64,000 nt of DNA from a plasmid, in sequence record NZ_CP014527.1; one strand, given 5' to 3'. Both the position numbers and the translations under genes were made by a program. This document shows, in pieces, positions 48,683 to 58,718 of this stretch. How positions within the stretch are numbered: position 1 is the stretch's first letter; each line of letters begins with the position of its first letter. A model generated the notes under the pieces. That model was not told the origin of the DNA. It ran no database searches and worked only from the letters and a program-made list of their open reading frames with translations.

Positions 48683-49510
48683 TCAGTCAAGAATGGCGGC
48701 GCGTTCAATGGCCCGGAATTCTTCCAGCAGCGCCATCATGGTTGCCGCCAGATCCACCTCGGTTCCGGTGTTGTCACCGTAGGGCAGTGTGTAAAAGGCA
48801 TTGCTCCCCGGTTCCTGGTATTCCAGGTCGCCAGATAACCTGTAGGCTGAAGGCAGAGGGACCTTGAGGTTTGTGCTGTCTTCAATATCGGCCACGGCAT
48901 GCGCCCGCTGGTTTTTGATCAAGGCAAAGCAGTTTTCGTAATGCCGTCGGCAAAACACTGTATCCAGCTGTGTCCACTTGTCCTGCCGGGCCGGGTCTGT
49001 GACCAGCTGGCGGATCGGGGCCGGGTTGTCCCAGTCCTCTGTTCCGTTGTTTCTGTTGAAGCGTATCACCAGCGACTTTTCCGGGCGGGTCAGGGTGCTC
49101 TCCTGCTGTGGGGGGACATCTTTGGTGATACGAATGACTCCCTTTCCGTATACTTGCGGATCGGCTATCCGGGATTTGACACTCACAAACAGCACGGTTT
49201 TTCCATGACGATTATCCACCAGATCGATCTCCTTCAACCGCTGCTGTGGCAAACAGTAGCGGACCCCCCCATGGGTCAGGTCGTAACAGGCCGCGGGCGT
49301 GCCCTTGTGACGCAAGGTCACCGGCAGCGGATCAACGCCCCGTTCCTTCTGGAACTGTTCCGCCCAGGCGTTGTATTCCCGTATCTCTTGATAGATCCAG
49401 ACCGCTCTCTTTGCAACCGGGAAGAGCGTAACCCCGAGCCACACCAGCGCCGCGACCATGATCCAGCGAACAAGGCGTCTCCGGAAAAAAGACATACCCG
49501 CCGCCCTCAA
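48683..49510 (-). CDS. hypothetical membrane-anchored protein
   Basis: 275 aa with an N-terminal transmembrane segment (..LVRWIMVAALVWLGVTLF..). It lies immediately upstream of, and is co-oriented with, the giant exoprotein gene. Confidence 0.45.
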   Translation of the reverse strand: MRAAGMSFFRRRLVRWIMVAALVWLGVTLFPVAKRAVWIYQEIREYNAWAEQFQKERGVDPLPVTLRHKGTPAACYDLTHGGVRYCLPQQRLKEIDLVDNRHGKTVLFVSVKSRIADPQVYGKGVIRITKDVPPQQESTLTRPEKSLVIRFNRNNGTEDWDNPAPIRQLVTDPARQDKWTQLDTVFCRRHYENCFALIKNQRAHAVADIEDSTNLKVPLPSAYRLSGDLEYQEPGSNAFYTLPYGDNTGTEVDLAATMMALLEEFRAIERAAILD

Positions 49511-49691
49511 TCAGCCTGTATCAGACTGGCGGCACGGGCTACATCCTGGACGGTGGCCAATGTTGGCCCAGCGGATGTTTCCGCAGCTCTTTCAAAAAGG
49601 GAACCGGTGGTGGTGGGAAGTGATGAACCTGACATAGTGTATCTCCCTCTTGGACATTAAAAATAAATACAAACAACACACAAACGCTGAA

Positions 49692-50681
49692 CTAACGGCG
49701 CTTACTCCACTCCCAATGCTCAGCAGAATTGGTAGCGTGCAGTCGCCACAGCCGCTCCCACAGGCGGGGCGGAATCTCAAAACGGTGCACCACACGCTCG
49801 CCTTCTACACCGCTTTTTGCATCGTACAGATGTCCCACTTCATATGTGGGGGGAAGACGAGGACTTCCTGATGGATGTCTAGCAAGCATGCTGAATAACC
49901 CCACCCATGGGCGATAATCCCGGTCAAAAAATATCGGGGTTACGTAACCGTGCATAACCCCCGTCCCTCGCCGTCCGTCCCCCTTGTATCTTTCCCTGAA
50001 ATTGGGATCGCTAAGCCCCCGTCCATCGTAAAAACGACGATTGAGGTTGACACTGGCCCAAAGAAAACCATGTATCTCCGGCCCGCTGAGGATGGAGGCC
50101 GAAGTCATCAAATCAATCCGGTTGTCACGGCGAACATCGGAATAAATCCACGTCATCGGCGTGGTTGCGGTGTCGTAATAGATATCCCGCTGCACATAGA
50201 GGGTTGGGTGGCACAAGTCCTTGACACGGAAGGTTCCACACGTCCGTTGCCCTAGGGCGGTGATGCGATAGGCGATCGCCAACGCCCCCTTCAAATCCGG
50301 ATCAATCCACTCTTCGGGCATGTGGAAGCGTTCGGCAAACTCCCGCGTGTAGGCCCATATCCAGGTATCGCGAAGGAACGGCTTCCCGTCACGGAAGGTA
50401 AAGTTCTTCTGATAAGGCTCGTCATCAATGGGTGGCCCGTCGAATACGTGCCGGGAATCAAACGCCCGCTTCCACCAGGTGGTCAGCAGATGACCCAGGC
50501 GATCCTGCTCCCCAAGCGGTTTGTTGGGCATAAGGGCCGAAACAGTGTGCTCCCTCCTCCACAGAGTGTAGGCCTCTTTCAGCCAGCGCTGCGGCACCTG
50601 AACCTGGTGCATCCGTTTCCCTGTGGCATCAAAAAACGGCAGAGTCACCGGACCTGATTCAGCCGCCACCTGTGGACACAC
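49692..50681 (-). CDS. hypothetical protein, paralogue B (no signal peptide)
   Basis: 329 aa. Paralogous to 50721..51440 (..TREFAERFHMPEEWIDPDLKGALAIAYRI.. versus ..TAAFAKRFRMPEQWIDPDLDGALGLAFRM..). Confidence 0.5.
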   Translation of the reverse strand: MCPQVAAESGPVTLPFFDATGKRMHQVQVPQRWLKEAYTLWRREHTVSALMPNKPLGEQDRLGHLLTTWWKRAFDSRHVFDGPPIDDEPYQKNFTFRDGKPFLRDTWIWAYTREFAERFHMPEEWIDPDLKGALAIAYRITALGQRTCGTFRVKDLCHPTLYVQRDIYYDTATTPMTWIYSDVRRDNRIDLMTSASILSGPEIHGFLWASVNLNRRFYDGRGLSDPNFRERYKGDGRRGTGVMHGYVTPIFFDRDYRPWVGLFSMLARHPSGSPRLPPTYEVGHLYDAKSGVEGERVVHRFEIPPRLWERLWRLHATNSAEHWEWSKRR

Positions 50682-50720
50682 ACCATCCCAGCTGATCAGC
50701 CCCAGCGCCGGGGCAAAAGC

Positions 50721-51440
50721 CTAGTCGAAATGTATCACGTCTCCCTGAGAGCTGATCGGTTGACCGTTCACATACAACTGACCGCCGGAAGCCAGCGGAC
50801 CGGGCTGCGCTACTCCATCCGGACCGGGGTGTTTGTAAAAATGATGATTGAGGCTGCGGTATTTATACTCCGGATCATACAAAAACATGCCCGAATGCAC
50901 GCCCTGCATCAGGTTGTCGCGTCGAATGTGCGGGGTGTTCCACGGCAAGACGATGCGGTTGTCATAATACAGGTCAAGTTCACAGATCTTGCGGGTATCA
51001 CACCTGTCTTCATCGCCATTCAGTCCACAGCGGAAGACGGTCGGTTCCCGCATGCGAAAGGCTAGGCCAAGGGCCCCGTCAAGATCCGGGTCAATCCATT
51101 GTTCCGGCATGCGGAAACGTTTCGCAAACGCCGCCGTGTAACTCCAAACAAAGGGGTCAGGGGTGTAGAGGGTATTGATGGTAAAAAACGTGTGCGCCCG
51201 CTCGTACGGATGGGTCCGTTCGGCGTGATCTGCAAACAGGCCGGCAATCCTTTCCGGGACCAGTGGGTCAGGGTCATGTGGATTATGATCCCACCAGTTC
51301 CGCACCCGCTCCGAGGATATTTCCGCCCAGGGGATGGATTGAGCAGGGCCTGTGACCGGTGCCCCGCCTGCCCGGGCAAAACCAATGCCGGTACACAGCA
51401 GCCACGACATACCAAGGAGAACACCAACCCAGAAACGCAT
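50721..51440 (-). CDS. hypothetical secreted protein, paralogue A (signal peptide)
   Basis: About 240 aa. Signal peptide MRFWVGVLLGMSWLLCTGIGFARAGGAP. Conserved Cys pairs. TAG stop at 50721-50723, in frame with paralogue B. Confidence 0.5.
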   Translation of the reverse strand: MRFWVGVLLGMSWLLCTGIGFARAGGAPVTGPAQSIPWAEISSERVRNWWDHNPHDPDPLVPERIAGLFADHAERTHPYERAHTFFTINTLYTPDPFVWSYTAAFAKRFRMPEQWIDPDLDGALGLAFRMREPTVFRCGLNGDEDRCDTRKICELDLYYDNRIVLPWNTPHIRRDNLMQGVHSGMFLYDPEYKYRSLNHHFYKHPGPDGVAQPGPLASGGQLYVNGQPISSQGDVIHFD

Positions 51441-51745
51441 GCAACAGTCCATATATGGAAACGCGTGAATCTCGGAACCTTACTCGCGCCTTGCGACAAT
51501 CGCAAGGCATGCATACATGGTAATACATTGTAATTATTTGTGTACTGGCGTTTCTATATTGACGGGAACAGATACGATCAAAGCTCTTTGAGCCCGTTGG
51601 GCGTGGCCATTTGAAGGCATTTTTTTAAGTTTGTTTTGTAGGGTGAGCGAGCAGGATCCGCCAACGTCTGACACGCTTCATCGTTCATGGGGATACAAGA
51701 TCATCGGGATCGACGCCCGGTATAATGGGACAGGAAAAGGGCCTT

Positions 51746-51772
51746 GGAGGAAGAAATCTTCCTCCTTTTTTT
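51746..51772 (+). terminator. orphan intrinsic terminator (plus orientation)
   Basis: ggaggaagaaatcttcctcc followed by ttttttt. No plus-strand gene is annotated upstream. Confidence 0.4.
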
Positions 51773-52322
51773 GCCCTAAAAAAATCAATCTTATTTCAAT
51801 GACTTAACATTGCCGTCCCCTATAGGAGAAAGAGTGATTTCCAAGGACCACCTCCCTGCCGGATTCCGTATGCATACCTGAGTGCATAACCGAAAATTTC
51901 AGATTTCTGCGCAATAAGCTGCTAACGCCCTGTTCCTGAACGGATTTAAAGCGCGACGATTTGGAACGATTTCAAATTTGCTCAATAGGGATCCTACCAG
52001 AAGAAAAGCGCGGTCAATGGTCCTGCTCTTTTCGTGCCATGAACGGCACCCCCCGACACGTCTGTTCTGAAAAACCTGGCTCCTAGATGCCAGTCCGAAG
52101 GCTTGTCTGCTCATCACAACAAAATAACGGAGGATTTCCGATGAACGCACGTCGTAAAGAGACAAAAGGCGGTGGACATACCAATCATCACGTGGAAGGG
52201 CTCACAAGCCTTGAGGCCCGCGTTACTCGCCTTGAAAGACTATATGCATACATTTACTGTGTGCGGCTTGCCTGCGAAATTATTGTCCACTTTCTCTCCT
52301 AGTGTGTCCCGTGCAGACGGCA

Positions 52323-52780
52323 TTATCCACACCAGCCACGCCGCTTGTCGCCCGTACACGGGCGACCGTGTACGGTACGAACCAACAGCTCGTGGACCGG
52401 GTGTCCGTCAACCAGCACAAAAGCCGCTACACGCCTGTATTTGTCGCGTGACGGTTTCTCCAGCGTAATCCTTCCATTTTCCAGAAGCTGCTCCGTTGCC
52501 GCCTTTGCACGCAAGGCGGCCTGTTTTTCTGCGGCGCATTTTCCTTTTATTTCGGACGCATCCAGCCCCCTGAAGCGCACAATCTTCTCACCGTCCGGTG
52601 TCACCATCAATAACACGCTTCAGGGTGGATGGTATGTCTGCCGCACCGATTTCCTGTTTAATCCGCTCGCGGACGGTCTGGATGTGGCTTGCCGAGATTT
52701 CGCTGATGATAGCCCGCCGCTAGGTACTGATCACGGCCTCGGCGAGGCTGCCACTTCCGGCAAAGACATCCACTACACCC
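52323..52780 (-). pseudogene. staphylococcal-nuclease (SNase/thermonuclease)-like gene with frameshift, in-frame TAG and an upstream methyltransferase motif-I fragment; truncated by repeat copy 3
   Basis: The 97-aa ORF (..DGEKIVRFRGLDASEIKGKCAAEKQAA..RDKYRRVAAFVLVDGHPVHELLV..) matches SNase. Upstream in another frame is ..STLKRVIDGDTGR (the SNase N-terminal motif). Further upstream is ..VVDVFAGSGSLAEAVIST, then TAG at 52720-52722, then RRAIISEIS... This abuts the repeat at about 52780. Confidence 0.4.
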
Positions 52781-53240
52781 CCCGCCACGCTTGCGGCTTA
52801 AAGATGGCTTGCTTTCTGCAGTGCAGAGGATGCCCCTATGCCAACCGTTGCCTTGCTTTCCATGCATCGTGAGGACCTGTCAAATCTCTGCATTTTTCTG
52901 CCGTTCCCTGCATGCTTGGACGATTGCCATTCAACACCACCGGAACGCCTCTGGATCCGGCAGACGTCCGGCCTGAAAAACGCAAGGCCGTTGCCTGAAC
53001 GTGTGGGCACAACAGGCTGGGAAGCGTTGTCCGCAAGGCACCCTGTCGGGTTTCTCACGCTTGCGTTGAGCACGGCCCGACCATGCGAATAAGCATCCTC
53101 ATGGAATGAGGACAGGAGGTGGGCCCACCTCCTCTATCCTGCCTGTGGGTACGACGTAGAAACTTTTGGAAAATCATGGAATATGCCTTCAAACACTCGC
53201 AAAACTCATTTGCATCTCTGTGCGTAATGATACAGGTCAT
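52775..53240. repeat. repeat family copy 3 (full length, more diverged 3' end)
   Basis: About 85-90% identical to copy 1 with indels. It has the same three palindromes, and its 3' end ..tcatttgcatctctgtgcgtaatgatacag resembles ..tcatttgcacctctgttcgtagttatacat. Confidence 0.55.
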
Positions 53241-53392
53241 CCCGTTCCGTCTTGCGAGGTGTGTCCCTGTTTCATGCGCTTTGACATTCCATCGTGCTGT
53301 CATTGGCTGTAGAGCCCAAAGGGCGCCGTGTCGTGTCCGGGAAGTATCTGCGCAAGCGGATCACGTGTGTATCTCGATGGGGTAGATTCCGG

Positions 53393-53568
53393 CTGAGTGC
53401 AGGATGACACCACTACCGCTGCAGGGCGGTTGCTATTCGGTATCTTCGCAACCCTGGCTAAATTTGAGCGTGAGTTGATACGGGAGCGTACCCGCGCTGG
53501 CCTTGCCCATGCCCGTGAACAGGGCCGCCAACTTGGCCGTCGCCGTGCCCTCACCAAAACAGAGTAGG
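53393..53568 (+). pseudogene. serine recombinase (resolvase/invertase) C-terminal fragment
   Basis: ..DDTTTAAGRLLFGIFATLAKFERELIRERTRAGLAHAREQGRQLGRRRALTKTE matches the conserved resolvase ..DTSTP.GR..F.I.GA.AEFERELIRERT.AGL.. region. No catalytic N-domain is present. It lies 150 bp from repeat copy 3. Confidence 0.5.
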
Positions 53569-53715
53569 GACGGAAGTCGTGTAGGCTTACCGTCCACGTC
53601 ATGAGCCAATCCAGTGGAATCCGCTTACTCCAGAAGTATGCGATGAGAACTGCATCACTTTGTTGATGTTCGGTGCAAAGCGCTGTACCCCTTGGGCAGA
53701 TTCCATGGAGCCGAA

Positions 53716-53928
53716 ATGTCCGAGCACCGAAACAAGACCACCAGACTGACGGTGAACCTCGATGACGGGGACTACGCCGCCCTGACAGCCATCGCCGAGA
53801 AAAGCGATGTTTCCCTGTCTTGGGTCATTCGTCAGGCCATCCACCGGTTCGTCCAAGAACATGGAGCACATCCTGAGCTGCCCCTCAGGCTCGCTGGAAG
53901 TTTTGGGAAAGAAGGCCAAGACACATGA
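53716..53928 (+). CDS. ribbon-helix-helix DNA-binding protein (CopG/MetJ-like), possible controller or antitoxin
   Basis: ..RLTVNLDDGDYAALTAIAEKSDVSLSWVIRQAIHRFVQEH.. It lies 30 bp upstream of the mod gene. Confidence 0.45.
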   Translation: MSEHRNKTTRLTVNLDDGDYAALTAIAEKSDVSLSWVIRQAIHRFVQEHGAHPELPLRLAGSFGKEGQDT

Positions 53929-53958
53929 TCCCCGCCGCCACACCCCGTACCGATTTTC

Positions 53959-56109
53959 TTGCCGGAAGAGGAATTATTCGTGTCACGCCTCACTGATCTG
54001 ATTGCGCAGGCAAAAGCCAAGGACCCAAGCTTTGGGCAGGAGTTGGAGCGGGAATTCAAGGTCCTGTCCGCCCGCCGCTCATTCGGCCTTAATTTCGAGC
54101 GGCACCGTCCGGAGAGCGTCGAGTTGCCGGGCCGTCCCGTGCGCAAGGGTGACAAGGTGCGCGTTCTGCCGCCGCGCGGTGAAACGAAGAAAGGCGACCA
54201 GCGTCTTTGGCGGGTACGGAGCCTGTCCGGGAAGGGCGCGGAGCGCCAGGCCGTTGTCGAACTGATCGGCGCGGAAGAGCCGGACACGCAAGAGGTGCCC
54301 GCTGCCGACCTCGTGGTGGTCGCGGAGTTTCGAGACTACATCTACCCCGGCCTTGTCAGCACGGGAAAGGTCGAACGCGGCGGGGACAAGCCCTTTCATA
54401 CCGTGATCAATGGCGAGAACTTCCATGCACTTGAAGCCCTGACCTTCACGCATCGCGGAAAGATCGACGCGATCTACATTGACCCACCCTACAATACCGG
54501 CGCAAAAGACTGGAAATACAACAACGATTACGTTGAGGCAGAAGACCTGTACAGGCATTCCAAGTGGCTAGCATTTATGGAGCGGAGGTTAAATGTTGCG
54601 AAGGAGCTTTTGAACCCATCCAACTCTGTATTAATCGTTACAATCGATGAAAAAGAATACCTCAGGCTTGGTTTGCTTCTTGAGCAGACGTTTCCCGAGG
54701 CAGATATTCAAATGGTAAGCTCGGTTATTAATCAAGCCGGGTCATCGCGACCGGGCTCATTTTCAAGAACTGACGAATATCTATATTTCGTAAAATTAGG
54801 CTCATCTATTGTCGAGGCATTGCAGCTAGAAAAAGAATGGATGTCTGGTAGAGGAAACACAAGAAGAATGGGACTTTACTGGAATGAACTTATGCGAACA
54901 GGTCCTGGTGCACGTCGCGAAGACAGTCCTAATTTGTTTTTCCCGATCTATTTGACTTCTGACGCTCGGAAATTCGTTTCAGTTGGTAAGCCAATAGGTT
55001 TGGGAGTAGATAGGCACACTATCGAGCACCCAAGCAACGTCATCGTTCGCTGGCCAATCCGTGCAGATGGCACAGAAGGTCGGTGGCGTGTCTCGGCAGA
55101 TGGGATCAGGGAACTTATTGAGAAAGGCTATATCAGGTTAGGTCGCGCAAGAGGTGATCAAACTACGATTCAATACATTTCACGCGGTGAAGTAAAAAAG
55201 GTCGAGAGCGGTGTATTTAAGATTAAGGGGCATCGTGATGATGGTTCATTAGAAGTTCAAGATACAGAATATATCCCTACTGTTGTTCCCGGCACCCAAT
55301 GGAACATCAAGTCTCATGACGCATCGGTCAATGGGGCACTGATGATCCGTTCACTCATACCGAGGAGAACATTTCCGTTTCCAAAATCATTATACGCGGT
55401 TGAAGACTGCCTACGTTTTCTAATTAAAAGCAAACCAAACGCGACAATTCTCGACTTTTTCTCTGGTTCCGGGACGACGGCCCATGCGGTCATGCGGCTA
55501 AACCGGCAGGATGGAGGCCGTCGCCAGTGTATTTCTATAACCAACAACGAAGTGGCTGCTGGCGAACAGACATCGCTGCGCAAGTCTGGCCTGCGTCCGG
55601 GCGATCCCGACTGGGAGAAATGGGGCATTTGCGACTACATCACCAAGCCCCGCATTCGAGCAGCGATAACCGGGCACACGCCTGAAGGAAGAAAAATAGA
55701 GGGAGACTATGCGTTCACGGACGAATTCCCCATGGCCGAGGGCTTCCAGGAAAACGCCGAGTTCTTCACCCTGACCTATGAAACGCCGGTGGCGGTCAGC
55801 CACAATCGCGCGTTCGCGCGTATTGCGCCGCTCCTGTGGATGCGGGCGGGCAGTGAGGGCAGGCGGATCGACGCAATTCCAGCCGACGGGTGGGAGGTAG
55901 CAGATACCTACGGCCTGCTGACAGACTTGGACAAGGCAAGCGCCTTTTGCAAAGCGGTGGAGGCCAAGGGCACCATTCGGATTGCCTATATCGTGACAGA
56001 TGACGACCGGCGCTTCCAGGCGGTCACGCGCCATTTGCCCGATGCCGTCGAGCCGGTACGACTCTACGAGTCGTATCTGAGCAATTTCCGATTCTCGATG
56101 GGGCGCTGA
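53959..56109 (+). CDS. mod: Type III restriction-modification Mod subunit (N6-adenine MTase, beta-class motif order)
   Basis: 716 aa. Motif IV IDPPYNTG (about aa 186) precedes motif I DFFSGSGTTAHAV (about aa 492), with a variable region between. The res gene follows 4 nt later. Confidence 0.8.
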   Translation: MPEEELFVSRLTDLIAQAKAKDPSFGQELEREFKVLSARRSFGLNFERHRPESVELPGRPVRKGDKVRVLPPRGETKKGDQRLWRVRSLSGKGAERQAVVELIGAEEPDTQEVPAADLVVVAEFRDYIYPGLVSTGKVERGGDKPFHTVINGENFHALEALTFTHRGKIDAIYIDPPYNTGAKDWKYNNDYVEAEDLYRHSKWLAFMERRLNVAKELLNPSNSVLIVTIDEKEYLRLGLLLEQTFPEADIQMVSSVINQAGSSRPGSFSRTDEYLYFVKLGSSIVEALQLEKEWMSGRGNTRRMGLYWNELMRTGPGARREDSPNLFFPIYLTSDARKFVSVGKPIGLGVDRHTIEHPSNVIVRWPIRADGTEGRWRVSADGIRELIEKGYIRLGRARGDQTTIQYISRGEVKKVESGVFKIKGHRDDGSLEVQDTEYIPTVVPGTQWNIKSHDASVNGALMIRSLIPRRTFPFPKSLYAVEDCLRFLIKSKPNATILDFFSGSGTTAHAVMRLNRQDGGRRQCISITNNEVAAGEQTSLRKSGLRPGDPDWEKWGICDYITKPRIRAAITGHTPEGRKIEGDYAFTDEFPMAEGFQENAEFFTLTYETPVAVSHNRAFARIAPLLWMRAGSEGRRIDAIPADGWEVADTYGLLTDLDKASAFCKAVEAKGTIRIAYIVTDDDRRFQAVTRHLPDAVEPVRLYESYLSNFRFSMGR

Positions 56110-56112
56110 GTC

Positions 56113-58707
56113 ATGAAGTTTACGCTGAAGGATTATCAGGACGATGCCGTCAAAGAGGTTCTGGACCGGCTGAAGAAAGCCCGCAAACGCTGGCATGAAG
56201 ACCGTGACAAGCACGCTTTCTCGCTGACTGCGACGACCGGCGCGGGCAAGACCGTCATGGCGGCAGCAGTCTTTGAATCCCTTTTCTATGGTAACGACGA
56301 TTTCGACTTCGAGGCTGATCCAGGTGCTGTGGTGATCTGGTTCAGCGATGACCCGTCTCTGAACGAGCAATCCCGCTGGCGGCTTCAGGAAGCGTCCGAC
56401 AAGCTCACCATCTCCGATCTGGTCAGCGTCGGGAACAGTTTCGCTGGAGAGAAATTCCGGCCCGGCAAAATCTACTTCCTGAACACGCAGAAACTGTCCA
56501 AGAACAGCCTTCTGGTGCGCGGGCACGATCCCAACGACCCCACGCTGGAAACGGCAGACGGCCAACGCATTATGCCGGACATGCGGTCGCATACGATCTG
56601 GGATACGATCCAGAACACCATCGAAGATCCCAACCTAACCCTGTACCTGATCCTCGATGAAGCCCATCGAGGTATGAAAGGGGGTGGTCGGTCCAACGGC
56701 GACGGCAAACCGACAATCGTCAAGCAGCTCATCAACGGTTCGGGTGCAGTGCCCGGTATCCCGATCGTCTGGGGTATATCCGCAACCGTTCAACGATTCA
56801 ACGATGCCGTTTCCGGTATGCAGGACCGTAGCACCCTGCCCAACGTGATTGTCGATGCAAAGAAGGTGCAGGATTCGGGCCTTCTGAAAGACACGATCAA
56901 CCTCGATGTGCCCGACGAGACCGGCGATTTTTCAACCGTGCTTCTGCGTCGCGGCACGGCCAAGCTGAGTGATATCTCGAACGCCTGGGCGGAGTACGCC
57001 AAGCAGCAGGATGACGCCGATACCGTTCTGCCCCTCATGGTGTTGCAGGTTCCAAACTCCCCGGACCACAACGAAATCGGCCTATGGCTCGACACGATCT
57101 TCGAGCAATGGCCAGAGCTTCAGCACGACTCTATCGCCAACGTTTTCGGTGAACACAAAACCGAGACCTTTGGCCGACATATGGCCCCCTACATCGCACC
57201 GGAACGAGTTCAGGAATCCGATTGGGTACGCATTCTGATTGCCAAGGACGCTATCAGCACAGGCTGGGACTGCCCGCGTGCGGAAGTCATGGTTTCCTTC
57301 CGGGCGGCAACGGACAAGACCCACATCACCCAGCTTCTCGGTCGAATGGTGCGCACGCCACTGGCACGGCGTATCCCCGGTAACGACCGGCTGAACGCGG
57401 TCGATTGCCTTCTCCCTCATTTTGACAAGAAATCGGTTGAGGCCGTTGTCGCCGCGCTCATGTCAGGCGGCGAAGCTGGCGAGGAACTGCCCGGTCGGCG
57501 GGTGCTGATCAATCCGCGCGAGATGAAGCCCAATCCGGCAATCTCTGAGAACGTTTGGCAAAAGCTGCTTTCCTTGCCGTCGCAAACCTTGCCGAAGCGG
57601 CAGGCTCGCCCGGTCAAACGGCTAACGGCGCTTGCTCACGAACTGGCTGTTGACGGCCTCCTCGCGGACGCCGGCAAGAAAGCTCATGCCGAATTGCACA
57701 AGGTTCTGGACGGCGCACAAGTCCGGTATGCCGAAGAAATCAAGAAAGCCCGCGACTCAGTGATGACCGTTGAAGGGAAGACGGTGAAGGCGGATGTAGA
57801 AACCAAGGAAATGACCTTCGACGATTTTGTCGAAGCTGCCGACTACGCCGTCATCGAAGACGCATACAAACGCGCGGCGCGGGTTATCAGCCCTGACCTT
57901 GCCACGACCTACAGTGAACACCTTGCCAGCAAAGCCGAAGAGGATGACGATCCCGAGGAAGCGCTGATCGAGGCTCATACCGCGATTGCGGCGCTTGGGC
58001 TTGTCCCTGATCTGAAGGACGATCTTGAGACGGCTGCGGAGAAGCTGTCAAACCAGTGGTTGACCAATTACCGGGTTCAAATCAAGAACCTTTCCGATGA
58101 ACGTCAAGACGTCTATCGCCAAATTCGGGAAATGAGCGCTGATCCGTTGGATGTCGATCTTGCACGGCCCAACACTTGGCTTCAGATGACCACGGCGCGC
58201 AAGGCCGACGGCACCGAAGAGCCGCTACCACGCTTCGAAAGGCACATGCTTTGCGATGAGGATGGCCTTTTCCACGGCGACTTCAATTCATGGGAAGGCA
58301 AGGTCGTCAAGGCCGAGTTGGAGCGAGCCGGTACGGTCGCCTGGTATCGAAACCCAGCCCGTGCAAGTCAGGATTCGTTGGGCGTAACCTATGAAGAAGG
58401 CGGCGACATAAAAATAGTTCGGCCAGATTTCATCTTCTTTGCGCAGCTGGACGACGGCACGGTGGTCGCTGATATCGTCGATCCCCACGGCATTCAGTTT
58501 GGTGACGCTCTTCCGAAGCTGAAGGGCTTGGCGGAGTACGCTGAAACTAACGCGGGCACATACCGGCGCATCGAGGTTATCGCCGAAGTTGGAGGGACCT
58601 TTCGCACTATCGACCTGACGGAGACTTCAGCCCGAGCGGCGATTAAATCCGCAGCGACGGTGAAGGAGGTTTACGATAGCGAGGTGGCGCATGATTACGT
58701 CATGTAG
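56113..58707 (+). CDS. res: Type III restriction enzyme Res subunit (SF2 helicase-nuclease)
   Basis: 864 aa. Walker A ..LTATTGAGKTVMA.. DEAH box ..LYLILDEAHRG.. Helicase motif VI-like ..QLLGRMVRTP.. Confidence 0.8.
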   Translation: MKFTLKDYQDDAVKEVLDRLKKARKRWHEDRDKHAFSLTATTGAGKTVMAAAVFESLFYGNDDFDFEADPGAVVIWFSDDPSLNEQSRWRLQEASDKLTISDLVSVGNSFAGEKFRPGKIYFLNTQKLSKNSLLVRGHDPNDPTLETADGQRIMPDMRSHTIWDTIQNTIEDPNLTLYLILDEAHRGMKGGGRSNGDGKPTIVKQLINGSGAVPGIPIVWGISATVQRFNDAVSGMQDRSTLPNVIVDAKKVQDSGLLKDTINLDVPDETGDFSTVLLRRGTAKLSDISNAWAEYAKQQDDADTVLPLMVLQVPNSPDHNEIGLWLDTIFEQWPELQHDSIANVFGEHKTETFGRHMAPYIAPERVQESDWVRILIAKDAISTGWDCPRAEVMVSFRAATDKTHITQLLGRMVRTPLARRIPGNDRLNAVDCLLPHFDKKSVEAVVAALMSGGEAGEELPGRRVLINPREMKPNPAISENVWQKLLSLPSQTLPKRQARPVKRLTALAHELAVDGLLADAGKKAHAELHKVLDGAQVRYAEEIKKARDSVMTVEGKTVKADVETKEMTFDDFVEAADYAVIEDAYKRAARVISPDLATTYSEHLASKAEEDDDPEEALIEAHTAIAALGLVPDLKDDLETAAEKLSNQWLTNYRVQIKNLSDERQDVYRQIREMSADPLDVDLARPNTWLQMTTARKADGTEEPLPRFERHMLCDEDGLFHGDFNSWEGKVVKAELERAGTVAWYRNPARASQDSLGVTYEEGGDIKIVRPDFIFFAQLDDGTVVADIVDPHGIQFGDALPKLKGLAEYAETNAGTYRRIEVIAEVGGTFRTIDLTETSARAAIKSAATVKEVYDSEVAHDYVM

Positions 58708-58718
58708 CTATTACCAGT

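Noticed and set aside
55498..56592. 364-aa minus-strand ORF spanning the mod/res junction
   Set aside because: Antisense to two intact, motif-bearing R-M genes.
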